DNA from: Candidatus Woesearchaeota archaeon
GTDB lineage: Archaea; Nanobdellota; Nanobdellia; Woesearchaeales; B72-G16
Reading direction: 5' to 3'
Assembly: GCA_003650545.1 (NCBI GenBank)
Contig: QMQO01000007.1
Location: forward strand, 1-41,573
DNA length: 41,573 bases
The notes under the pieces were generated by a model. That model did no database searches and was not told where the DNA came from. It was given only the letters and a program-made list of their open reading frames with translations. Positions within the stretch are counted from its first letter, which is position 1, and every line of letters starts with the position of its first letter. The position numbers and the translations under genes are program-made. Below are positions 28,883 through 37,707 of this stretch, one piece after another.

Positions 28883-29062
28883 TCATCTGTCTCCAAAAAC
28901 TTTAGTAAAATAGTCGCATCCATCATCACCTGGGTGGCAACCATACATATTATTTACATATTCAACTGGATTTGGATATTCTAACATCCTCTTTTTAAAT
29001 TCTAACACCATTTCATCTAATCTTTTTTCTGGTGCAGGAGCTTCCAATAAACCATTTTTCAT
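28883..29062 (-). CDS. Small hypothetical protein (59 aa, not in ORF track)
   Basis: GGTGA ribosome-binding site, ATG 29062, MKNGLLEAPAPEKRLDEMVLEFKKRMLEYPNPVEYVNNMYGCHPGDDGCDYFTKVFGDR. Stops 4 nt before the binding-protein ATG. Confidence 0.65.
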   Translation of the reverse strand: MKNGLLEAPAPEKRLDEMVLEFKKRMLEYPNPVEYVNNMYGCHPGDDGCDYFTKVFGDR

Positions 29063-29193
29063 TCGATCACCCTTTGAATTTAGTATTTGCCAAGAACAAT
29101 AGAATAATTGAGTGACATATATTTAATGATTTAGTCCATATTTTTTAATTTTTAAGTAAAAATTTATATATTATTACCCCATTTCGTAAATAT

Positions 29194-30156
29194 ATGACAT
29201 TGAAATTGGATAAGAAAGACAGAATGCTTCTTGCTTTGCTAGATGAAAACTCGCGCTATAGCAACACACAAATAGCAAAGAAGATTAAGCTGAGTAAGCC
29301 AGCAGTAGAGTATAGAATCAAACGCTTAGAAAAGAATGGTGTGATATTTGAATATTATACTGTGATAGATTTTACAAAGTTTGGGTATCAGCAATATAAA
29401 ATATATCTCAAGCTTCAAGATGTAACTTTAGAAGATGAAAAGGAAATAATTGATTTTTGGAAAAGATCTAAAAATTGTGTGTGGGTTGCTGAAGTAAGAA
29501 GCAAGTGGGATTTAGCTGTTTCAATAATAGCTAAATCCAATTACGAATTTGGAAGGATTCTAAACGAGTTTATGAACAAGAATTCAGGATTTATATTAGA
29601 AAAGGATGTTCTATTGCTTGAATATTCGCCGTTATATGCAAGAGAATATCTAATGGACACAGAACAACAAGAATTTATTTATGGCGAAATGGTTGAAAAA
29701 CGTCAGATTGACTCTGTTGACAAAAAGATTCTAAAAGAGTTATCAGTTAATGCTAGAATATCAATAGTAAACTTAGTTAAAAAAACAGGGCTAACAAGAG
29801 ATGTGATAAACTATAGATTAAAGAAATTAAAGAAAGAGGGCATCATTGTACAATTTAGATGTTACCCAGAATTCAATAAAATAGGAATAAATCTATATAA
29901 ACTAATTCTAAGGACAAAGAACTTTAATGAAGATGCAGAAATGAAGCTTAAGCAATACATTAGACAACATAAAAAAGCCACACAATTATTAAAACTGATT
30001 GGAAGTTGGGATGTTGAGATTGAATTTGAAACAGAAAATGAAGATGAGTTGTACGATATTTTATTGAATATTAGAAAAGAATTTTCTTACATTATAAGAG
30101 ACTACGACATCTTAAGGGTAACTAAGAATTATAAGCTGAATTTTTATCCATTCTAA
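29194..30156 (+). CDS. Tandem (two-unit) Lrp/AsnC family regulator
   Basis: DRMLLALLDENSR...YRIKRLE and DKKILKELSVNAR...YRLKKLK, GSWDVEIE. Confidence 0.88.
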   Translation: MTLKLDKKDRMLLALLDENSRYSNTQIAKKIKLSKPAVEYRIKRLEKNGVIFEYYTVIDFTKFGYQQYKIYLKLQDVTLEDEKEIIDFWKRSKNCVWVAEVRSKWDLAVSIIAKSNYEFGRILNEFMNKNSGFILEKDVLLLEYSPLYAREYLMDTEQQEFIYGEMVEKRQIDSVDKKILKELSVNARISIVNLVKKTGLTRDVINYRLKKLKKEGIIVQFRCYPEFNKIGINLYKLILRTKNFNEDAEMKLKQYIRQHKKATQLLKLIGSWDVEIEFETENEDELYDILLNIRKEFSYIIRDYDILRVTKNYKLNFYPF

Positions 30157-30265
30157 CCTGCTTTCTCACCTCTCTCTCCAATCATTTATAAAGAAACCTT
30201 TATATTTGCAAGATCTTTACTAGTGATTAGAATTGCAATTGGCTCAGTCTTCCAATTAAGTGTAA

Positions 30266-30410
30266 CAACCTGATTTCTAAAATCTTTTTATTTTTTATAT
30301 TTCCTAATATTTTTAATACTCTTTTCGACACCAATAAATCTGATCTTATAGCTATTCCTAAAATTTTTCTCTGAAGAATTCATTTTTTTTAACTCACATA
30401 ACAAACTCAT
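30266..30410 (-). pseudogene. Degraded 5' fragment of a methyltransferase paralog
   Basis: AIRSDLLVSKRVLKILGNIKNKKILEI, then GC after a frameshift. Resembles HLRSDILLIPIMLNLMDNVNYKTILVMEWG of the upstream gene. Confidence 0.55.
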
Positions 30411-30411
30411 T

Positions 30412-31899
30412 TTAGGTAGCTCTCTTTAACAATAAGATAATATATGGTGGTATTCTTCTATCTTCCTCACTGAATAAAATAGGATATTTTCTAATTTGAC
30501 TCAGATTCGGAATTGGCTCATACACCTTTTGTATTTCAAATCCAATTTCGGCAAAGTTATTTAATAAGAAAGATAATGGGTAACGGTTGTATTCGGATAA
30601 TAAGCTGCTTCCATCACTTATTCTCAATTTTGCTTTTAAACTCGTAAAATTAGGATAGTGCGCATAAAAAGGATTATGTAAAGAAATAACTCCTCTCTCA
30701 AGTTTACTTTTTACAATAGCTCTAAACGGTTGTATATCTGCATAAATAAAAACACCGTCTTTATTTAAACATTTTTTTATTAATCTTAATGAATTGACAA
30801 ACTCTCTTTTAGATAAATAAGGATGAAACATATAAGAAAAGACAATATCAAACTTTCTATCAAATGAAAAGCTGTTTATTTTAAAGATATTCGATGAAAA
30901 ATACTCTATATTCTCTGATCTTTTTAAATTTTTAAATAATTTTTCCTGCCTTTGCAGATCTATTTTTGTTACTTTTACACCCATTTTTAATAGATCATGT
31001 GCTATTCTACCAGGACCCCACTCCATTACAAGAATAGTTTTATAATTTACATTGTCCATTAGATTTAGCATGATTGGAATCAAAAGAATATCACTTCTTA
31101 AATGAGCCTTTTTTTTGATATACTTTTTCCAAAAATCCAATAGTTCCTCTGTTTTAATTAAAACTTTTAGAGTAGTTGTTCTAAAAATTGGATAATACTC
31201 TGCAACTAGAGGCATTATATTTGTGCCTTCTTTTTTTATCAAAAGAAATAACCCATGATCGATATCTAACATATATGTAGCCGCATCTTTAATTTTTTTA
31301 CAATATTCTATAAAATTTTCCATGTGTTCGGGATAATCACCAACATTATCTACCACAACCATTGCTCCTTCACTAAGTAAAGCATACATCAATTTTAAGT
31401 ATTTATGATAATTTTGCTTATCTGCATCCATAAACACAAAATCTATTTTTTTGTTTTTAGGCCATTTTTCTAAGACTGTTAATATACACTCCTCGTATAA
31501 TGTTATTACATCACTAACCCCTGCTTTTTCAAAGTTCTTTCTTGCTATCTCTGCTTTCGGTTTAAAGATTTCAGTTGTATAGACATGCCCTCCAGTTTCT
31601 TTAGCAGCCAACCCTAACCATATAGTAGAATATCCAACACTTGCACCAAGTTCAAGAACAGTTCTTGCTTTTTTTGCTAATATTAAAAATCTTAACAACA
31701 TTGCAGTTGTAGGAGGCACCTGCCATGATTTTATATTTTCATCCTCGGGAAGTAAGCCATATTCCCCTTTGTACTTATTTGCACCTTTTGGTATAGGCCA
31801 CACTAATTTTTCTCCAGATTCATAGATGCGTTTTGCTTCATTTATAAATTTTTTAATGAAATTTTCATTTAAATCTAGTTTATTTTTAGATTTAATCAT
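30412..31899 (-). CDS. Fusion of O-methyltransferase (YrrM/COMT-like) and a second class I methyltransferase domain
   Basis: VLELGASVGYS, FVFMDADK and VVDNV; second domain MEWGPG, KID, FDIV, LNKDG. Confidence 0.82.
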   Translation of the reverse strand: MIKSKNKLDLNENFIKKFINEAKRIYESGEKLVWPIPKGANKYKGEYGLLPEDENIKSWQVPPTTAMLLRFLILAKKARTVLELGASVGYSTIWLGLAAKETGGHVYTTEIFKPKAEIARKNFEKAGVSDVITLYEECILTVLEKWPKNKKIDFVFMDADKQNYHKYLKLMYALLSEGAMVVVDNVGDYPEHMENFIEYCKKIKDAATYMLDIDHGLFLLIKKEGTNIMPLVAEYYPIFRTTTLKVLIKTEELLDFWKKYIKKKAHLRSDILLIPIMLNLMDNVNYKTILVMEWGPGRIAHDLLKMGVKVTKIDLQRQEKLFKNLKRSENIEYFSSNIFKINSFSFDRKFDIVFSYMFHPYLSKREFVNSLRLIKKCLNKDGVFIYADIQPFRAIVKSKLERGVISLHNPFYAHYPNFTSLKAKLRISDGSSLLSEYNRYPLSFLLNNFAEIGFEIQKVYEPIPNLSQIRKYPILFSEEDRRIPPYIILLLKRAT

Positions 31900-32019
31900 C
31901 TCTTGTATTATTTATTTAATAATTTATAAATTTATCTGATTTCAATATTTCATTTTTAACAGAAAAATTAATAAACAAAATATTTATTCTACTTCTTAAG
32001 GGGCGAAGGTGTGGTAGCA

Positions 32020-32160
32020 ATGATCTGCAAGAGATGTGCAAAATTCAAAGTCTTTGGTGAAAATTGCTATTTCTACTTTCGAAATAAGAAAGAGTGTAGT
32101 CAGTTCGAAGAGCTTCCAGAAGAAGACAAACTTGCAGAACTAATCATAGCAGACGATTAG
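32020..32160 (+). CDS. Small Cys4 protein (46 aa, not in ORF track)
   Basis: GGTGTGG upstream; MICKRCAKFKVFGENCYFYFRNKKECSQFEELPEEDKLAELIIADD. Fills the gap up to the convergent gene. Confidence 0.65.
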   Translation: MICKRCAKFKVFGENCYFYFRNKKECSQFEELPEEDKLAELIIADD

Positions 32161-32165
32161 ATTTA

Positions 32166-33320
32166 TTAGAATCTATAATTAGATCTATATACAGACAACG
32201 CTTCTAAGAATAAGCCTGCACTCCAAGCAAATGGACGCTCGCTTTTATAAAGACTTCTGTTGACAATGCTACCATCATTTTCATAAACTTCATAAACTAT
32301 CTTATCTCGGATTATGATGTGTGCCAGCCGTTCTAATGTCTCTCTGGCTTCTTTCTTGTAGCCAATCTTAAGCTTTGCCATTGCTGTGATTGCACCTAAC
32401 CAGAGCCAGGCTTGAGATTTATTATGATAGTCATGCATGTTCACCAAACGCAGCATGAATGATGTGCGATACCAAGGATACCTCGGGTAGTTTGTTCTGC
32501 AAGGAACTGGGTGCTCCAGCTTTGTTCTTTTAAGAACAGATAAAATGCTTTTAGCCTTTTGTTTGTCTGCAACATCCCAGAGAATTGCAAGTATATTTCC
32601 ATCAACTGAAAAATAGTTATATTTTTTATTTTTATGAATCCAATCCGAATAGAATAAACCATTCCAAAAATTTTCATTTATTATTTTTTTAATTACTTTA
32701 GATAATGCAAAGTAGATTTTAGTTTTCTTATCCAATTTTAATAAACGGCATATTTCTGACAGACAATAAACAGAATAGTAATTACAGATGTTTGAGTAGA
32801 GAACAGCACCTTTTTTCTTGATTGAATCGTTCCAATTGCCAAAGTGTTTTTCTTGCACAAGCAATTTTTTAGAATTGAAAAAATTCCATCTTATTGCTTT
32901 TTCGAGATTTTTTAAATAGTGTTTTGCAAAATTTATGTCATTGCTTTTTTTAATGTAGTTATGTGCGGCTATCACAAATAAACTGTTTTGGTCTACAGGA
33001 ACATTTAGACCTTTGTCTTGGGTATAAACAGCATTTAATCGCTTCTTATGTTTTTTTATTCCAAGAAATTTCAGGATAATGTTACAGTCACCAATTCTTA
33101 ACGGAATTTGCCCGTTCTTCTTTTGGAAGTAAGCGAACATGGCTAACATCTTTCTGATTAATTGAAAATCGCGTAACCTGCAAGCACCAAAGCTTGCAAA
33201 GAAAGCATCACGAGCCCAGTAGTCGTCGTAATGTCTTCTCCCTGCAAATATTCCATTTTTACTATAACATAGCCTTAAAGAATAAGATGCTATTTTTTCA
33301 GCTTGCTGAAAGACCCTCAC
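32166..33320 (-). CDS. (alpha/alpha)6 glycoside hydrolase (glycogen-debranching / invertase-like)
   Basis: YWARDAFF, NWND, YHN..WLW, YE and FAWSAG motifs. Confidence 0.8.
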   Translation of the reverse strand: MRVFQQAEKIASYSLRLCYSKNGIFAGRRHYDDYWARDAFFASFGACRLRDFQLIRKMLAMFAYFQKKNGQIPLRIGDCNIILKFLGIKKHKKRLNAVYTQDKGLNVPVDQNSLFVIAAHNYIKKSNDINFAKHYLKNLEKAIRWNFFNSKKLLVQEKHFGNWNDSIKKKGAVLYSNICNYYSVYCLSEICRLLKLDKKTKIYFALSKVIKKIINENFWNGLFYSDWIHKNKKYNYFSVDGNILAILWDVADKQKAKSILSVLKRTKLEHPVPCRTNYPRYPWYRTSFMLRLVNMHDYHNKSQAWLWLGAITAMAKLKIGYKKEARETLERLAHIIIRDKIVYEVYENDGSIVNRSLYKSERPFAWSAGLFLEALSVYRSNYRF

Positions 33321-33414
33321 AGTTAGATTTATACATTTTGTGATTTATAATGATTTAGGTATTACAGAATAAATAATCGAAAGTTTTATAATAATAATAG
33401 AAATAAACATCGAT

Positions 33415-33636
33415 ATGGATAACCGTGTTAACTGCAGAGAATGTACAAATTTAATTCAGAAAGGTGGCTTGCGTACATATGGCAGATGTAAAGCCAAAGA
33501 CGGACAGTTAATTAAGATTACAGGATTAGTTGAATGTGCTGACTTTGTCAAAAAACAAAAGGAAAAACAAGAGTTCTATGATAAAGGTTATGATATGCCA
33601 GATATTGGCGATAATATAGAAGCAGATTGTGAATAA
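33415..33636 (+). CDS. Small Cys4 protein with acidic tail
   Basis: CREC...C...CADF. TATA-like TTTTATA upstream. Confidence 0.65.
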   Translation: MDNRVNCRECTNLIQKGGLRTYGRCKAKDGQLIKITGLVECADFVKKQKEKQEFYDKGYDMPDIGDNIEADCE

Positions 33637-34051
33637 AAAAAGATAAGGTCACTGATTTCGTACATATACTATATAACGACTCTCTATCTTTACTACAACA
33701 ATTAGTTTAGATATCCAGAAGGATTTTTTTGGTGAAAAGTCTCATATTGAAATCAAATGTGCATCTCGTGTCTCGTGTGTCTAAGATAAATCAAATTATG
33801 TATTAAAAGAAAGATTCTTCTGATCGAAACTGAAAAGTCTCAGAGTACTTACTTCAAACATATAATATAACTTTGTTGTTTTAGTGATCAATCATTTTTT
33901 AGGGTTAAGTCGTGTTTGATAGTTAAACTGCCATGACTTTCATCAGCCACTCAATCACCAAAAGTAACTGGAGCGGGATATTAGCACACTTAAGTCAACA
34001 GTACACTTTTTTAGTTAAATTTTTAAATTGGGATTAATCTTTTCTAATCAT

Positions 34052-34208
34052 GGGCCCGTAGCCTAGCCTGGATAGATAAGGTAAATAGGGCGACAGGACT
34101 TAGTCCCGCTAAAGCCTCCTACTCTAGGTGAAAGCTGTAGATCGAGGGTTCGAATAGAAGAAACTAAAAAATATCTTGTTTCTTTCAACGAAAATCCCTC
34201 CGGGCCCG
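34052..34208 (+). tRNA. tRNA-Arg(CCU) with four introns (34072-34084, 34095-34112, 34122-34132, 34155-34194)
   Basis: Removing the four inserts gives 75 nt GGGCCCG TA GCCT AGCCTGGATA GGGC G ACAGC CT-CCT-AA GCTGT AGATC GAGGG TTCGAAT CCCTC CGGGCCC G, a full cloverleaf with no encoded CCA. TATA-like TTTTTAAA about 25 nt upstream. Confidence 0.92.
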
Positions 34209-34218
34209 TTTAATTAAA

Positions 34219-35178
34219 ATGTACAAAATCAAACAACTTCCTGAAGATTTCATTGTAAAAGAGATAAACAACATAACAGTAAAAGATAAAGGCAGATATT
34301 CCTACTGGTTATTAAAGAAAAAGAATCACAACACAATAAGTGCTATACATATTATAGCGAATGCTATAGGAAAACCGCTAAATACTATAGGATATGCAGG
34401 CAATAAAGACAAAAACGCGGTGACAGAACAGATCATTTCTATTAAGAATGTTAACAAGAAGAGAGTTGAGTCTACTCAGTTAAGAAATATTAGTCTTAAA
34501 TTTTTAGGAGTTGGTGATGAACCAGTTGTGATTGGTATGCTTGAAGGTAATTACTTTGAGATTGTTGTTAGAAATATTGAATCAAAACCTTTTATAAAAA
34601 AAGAGTTTATCAACCTTTTTGGTGAACAACGTTTTAGTAAGAAGAACGTTGATATAGGTAAAGCTATAGTGCATGGTTGTTTTGACAAAGCAGCTAAGTT
34701 AATTGCTGAAACAGATAGAGAGTATGGTGCAAAAAAGTTTTATAATGCTAATAAGAATAATCCTATTGCAATGATACGTTTGTTACCTAAAAGCCTAATA
34801 AAGCTTTATGTGCATGCTTATCAATCAAAAATGTGGAATGATATTGCAATAGAGTATATTAAAAATAAAAAAAGAAAAAATTGTAAAATTCCAATTATTG
34901 GTTTTGGAACTAACATCAATAATTATAATAAAGATATTCGAAATATTGTTTTAAAAATAATTAAAAAAGAAAACATAAGTAAAGAAAATTTTATAATAAG
35001 GCAGCTCCCAGAAATTAGTTCTGAAGGTGGAGAGCGTGACCTTTTTGTAAAAGTAAATATAGAAGCAAGCAGACTTGAACATGACGAGATAAATAAAGGA
35101 AAGAAAAAGATTTTTCTTAAGTTTTCATTGCCAAAAGGTAGTTATGCAACTGAGATTATTAGACAGATATTTATTTGA
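34219..35178 (+). CDS. truD: tRNA pseudouridine(13) synthase TruD
   Basis: PEDFIVKE, YAGNKDKNAVTEQ, GNYF, FGEQRF and FSLPKGSYAT motifs. Confidence 0.95.
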   Translation: MYKIKQLPEDFIVKEINNITVKDKGRYSYWLLKKKNHNTISAIHIIANAIGKPLNTIGYAGNKDKNAVTEQIISIKNVNKKRVESTQLRNISLKFLGVGDEPVVIGMLEGNYFEIVVRNIESKPFIKKEFINLFGEQRFSKKNVDIGKAIVHGCFDKAAKLIAETDREYGAKKFYNANKNNPIAMIRLLPKSLIKLYVHAYQSKMWNDIAIEYIKNKKRKNCKIPIIGFGTNINNYNKDIRNIVLKIIKKENISKENFIIRQLPEISSEGGERDLFVKVNIEASRLEHDEINKGKKKIFLKFSLPKGSYATEIIRQIFI

Positions 35179-35238
35179 ATGTATAAAAAAGTTTAAATAA
35201 TAACAACTTTTCTATTTTAAAAAAAAGGGGGGATTGTT

Positions 35239-36243
35239 TTGTTTAAAAAAGCGGTGTACATTTTTGGAGCTGTCTGGTTAGCGTTAACAATAACTGCCTG
35301 CAAACCATCTATAACAACAGAGGTTGGTAGGGAGATTGCTATAAATGAATATACAAGAGCAACACAGCTTTATTTTTGTCCTGAAGATGATTGCGAAAAA
35401 GCGATGAATAGTTTTCTTCAACAAGCAAATGAAAGTATACACTGTGCATTGTTTGATCTAGATCTTGAAAGTTTGATTACAACGCTAATAGAGAAAAATA
35501 AAGAAATAGACGTCAAGGTTGTTGTTGACGATAAAAACAAAGAAAATGTTTTGGGTTTGGACTTTGTTAAATTGGATACCAGTTCACAACTAAGCCATAA
35601 TAAATTTTGTGTGGTTGATGGAAAGATGTTGTTTACTGGAAGTACAAACCCAACTTTCAATGGTGTGAATAAAAATAATAACAATCTACTATTGATCTAT
35701 AGCAAAAAGATGGCCTATAACTATGATGCTGAATTTAATGAACTATGGCAAGGTATATTTGGTGGAGGTCCAAAAAATGTTAAAACCAAATTCATAATAA
35801 ACAATGAAGTATATGAGCAATACTTTTGCCCCGAAGATAATTGCAGGAAACATGTTAAAGATGAAATTTTAAAAGCAAAAAAGAGCATCTATTTTATGAC
35901 GTTCTGTTTTACTGATGGAAGTATATCTACAGATATTGCATTCATGTACCATAATAATTCTATTGATATTAAAGGTGTTTTTGAGAAGAACCTAGCGAAC
36001 AATAAATATAGTGAATATGAAATGCTTGAGTATCAAGGAGTTCCTGTAAAGAAAGATGGAAATAAAGCTATGATGCATCATAAAGTTTTTATCATTGACA
36101 ACGAAACCGTGATTACTGGGAGCTACAACCCCACTAAAAGTGGTGATAGCAAGAACGACGAGAACTTATTAATTATACATTCCAAAGATATCGCTAGCAA
36201 ATTTGTGGAAGAATTTAATAAAATCTGGACTACATCACCTTAA
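35239..36243 (+). CDS. Secreted phospholipase D / Nuc-like protein with two HKD motifs
   Basis: HNKFCVVD...TGSTN and HHKVFIID...TGSYN. N-terminal signal ending TAC. Confidence 0.9.
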   Translation: MFKKAVYIFGAVWLALTITACKPSITTEVGREIAINEYTRATQLYFCPEDDCEKAMNSFLQQANESIHCALFDLDLESLITTLIEKNKEIDVKVVVDDKNKENVLGLDFVKLDTSSQLSHNKFCVVDGKMLFTGSTNPTFNGVNKNNNNLLLIYSKKMAYNYDAEFNELWQGIFGGGPKNVKTKFIINNEVYEQYFCPEDNCRKHVKDEILKAKKSIYFMTFCFTDGSISTDIAFMYHNNSIDIKGVFEKNLANNKYSEYEMLEYQGVPVKKDGNKAMMHHKVFIIDNETVITGSYNPTKSGDSKNDENLLIIHSKDIASKFVEEFNKIWTTSP

Positions 36244-36751
36244 TTTTTCTATGATCCTTGCCATCTTTTTTTTTCTCTTTGATCACATACTCTTTTAATT
36301 TTTTAAAAAACAATTCACGATGTCTTTCCATTTTCTTAATGTTGCGCATATATAAACGTTGATATGTTACGATAGAAATTACCATGAAGAATATACAACT
36401 AAAAATTACGAATGCAGAAACAACCTTTGTAAAAAAACATGTCCCGCTTATGTAAGTGTAGATTGCTAACGCAAGTATGATTATAAATAACATTACTGGA
36501 GATTCTTGTTTTCTAATCTTATCCTTCTTAGCTTGTTTGTAAAGTTCGTAGAATATAACTATGGCAAATATAACGACTAGAACAAATGGAAGCCAGATGT
36601 TAGTACAATACAAGGTTACTGGTTTTTCTACCTCTTTGACAGTCTGGCCAGTTATTGTCGTTTTAATAACAAATGGAGCAACTAAAAGAATAATAGCAAT
36701 TATTATTGTACCTATCACTTTGTTTTTATGTCTAGGATGATACATGAACAT
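36230..36751 (-). CDS. Hypothetical membrane protein
   Basis: About four hydrophobic segments and an ITG motif after the first. Confidence 0.7.
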   Translation of the reverse strand: MFMYHPRHKNKVIGTIIIAIILLVAPFVIKTTITGQTVKEVEKPVTLYCTNIWLPFVLVVIFAIVIFYELYKQAKKDKIRKQESPVMLFIIILALAIYTYISGTCFFTKVVSAFVIFSCIFFMVISIVTYQRLYMRNIKKMERHRELFFKKLKEYVIKEKKKDGKDHRKIKVM

Positions 36752-36820
36752 AAGAAAGATAAAAGAGTTTTATATAGTTTTTGTTTTAAAGTGGTTTTTG
36801 TTTTAAAGAATACATTTGAT

Positions 36821-37705
36821 TTAACAGAATACCAATGATGCAGCGCCTATTACGCCAGAATCGCCACCCAACTTGTTTTTTAGAATCTTTACGTGTTTTA
36901 ATGGTTCAGGAATTGTATACCTCTTCAACTCATGTTTAAGATCTCTATAAAAGTTTGCATTACTCACACCCCCACCAAACACAATTATGTCTGGATTAAG
37001 GCTGTTTATTATATTGCCAACACCAATTGCAAGATATTTGATTGTTTCCTTTCTTATTTGTTTTGCTACAGAATCACTAGATTTTAATTTTAATATGTGC
37101 TCCACTGTGACGTCTTGGTTTTTTCCTCCTGCTTCTTTGTAACGTGCCACTATGTTTGGGCCACTACAAAAGCTCTCAAAGTCTCCTTTATAATTTCTAT
37201 GTATCTCGTCTGCAGTAGGATCAATTATGCAGTGACCAAACTCTCCTGCAGAACCAGTCTTACCCGCATAAATTTTGCCGTTGATGATTATGCCTGCGCC
37301 TATGCCAGTGCCAAGTATTAGACCTATCATGTTATCGTATCCTCGGCCAGCACCATATAAATGCTCTGCGAGAGTAAAGCAATTAGCATCGTTATCTATT
37401 TTAATTGGCAGTTTAAATTTTTTTTCAAGATAAGTCTTAATATTAAAGTTAATAAGTTTTGATATATTTGGCATAAAAAGAATTTTGCCGTGCTTGTCAA
37501 CAAAACCTGGTACCCCCAAGCCAATACCAATTATTTCTGTGTTAATTAATTTTTTTATAACAGTTGTTATGTTATTAACAATAGCTAAACGACTTTTCTC
37601 TGCATGAGTCTCTGTTCTGTATTTATCAAAAATTTTACCTTTATCAGATATGATGGCTCCCTCTATTTTTGTACCGCCTATATCTAAGCCAAGAGCAAAG
37701 TCCAT
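36821..37705 (-). CDS. ROK family sugar kinase
   Basis: GLDIGGT, DNDAN, GTGIGAG, GEFGH and GGGVS motifs. Confidence 0.93.
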   Translation of the reverse strand: MDFALGLDIGGTKIEGAIISDKGKIFDKYRTETHAEKSRLAIVNNITTVIKKLINTEIIGIGLGVPGFVDKHGKILFMPNISKLINFNIKTYLEKKFKLPIKIDNDANCFTLAEHLYGAGRGYDNMIGLILGTGIGAGIIINGKIYAGKTGSAGEFGHCIIDPTADEIHRNYKGDFESFCSGPNIVARYKEAGGKNQDVTVEHILKLKSSDSVAKQIRKETIKYLAIGVGNIINSLNPDIIVFGGGVSNANFYRDLKHELKRYTIPEPLKHVKILKNKLGGDSGVIGAASLVFC

Positions 37706-37707
37706 TT

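Noticed and set aside
28879..28944. Extended N-terminus (MVATQV...) of the SBP in the ORF track
   Set aside because: It overlaps the 59-aa upstream ORF, and ATG 28878 gives an N-terminus like the paralog's (MNKQNK).
34052..34208. Split or permuted tRNA, or tRNA pseudogene
   Set aside because: All exons are colinear, all stems pair, and every insert has a BHB-like fold, which favours a functional cis-spliced gene.
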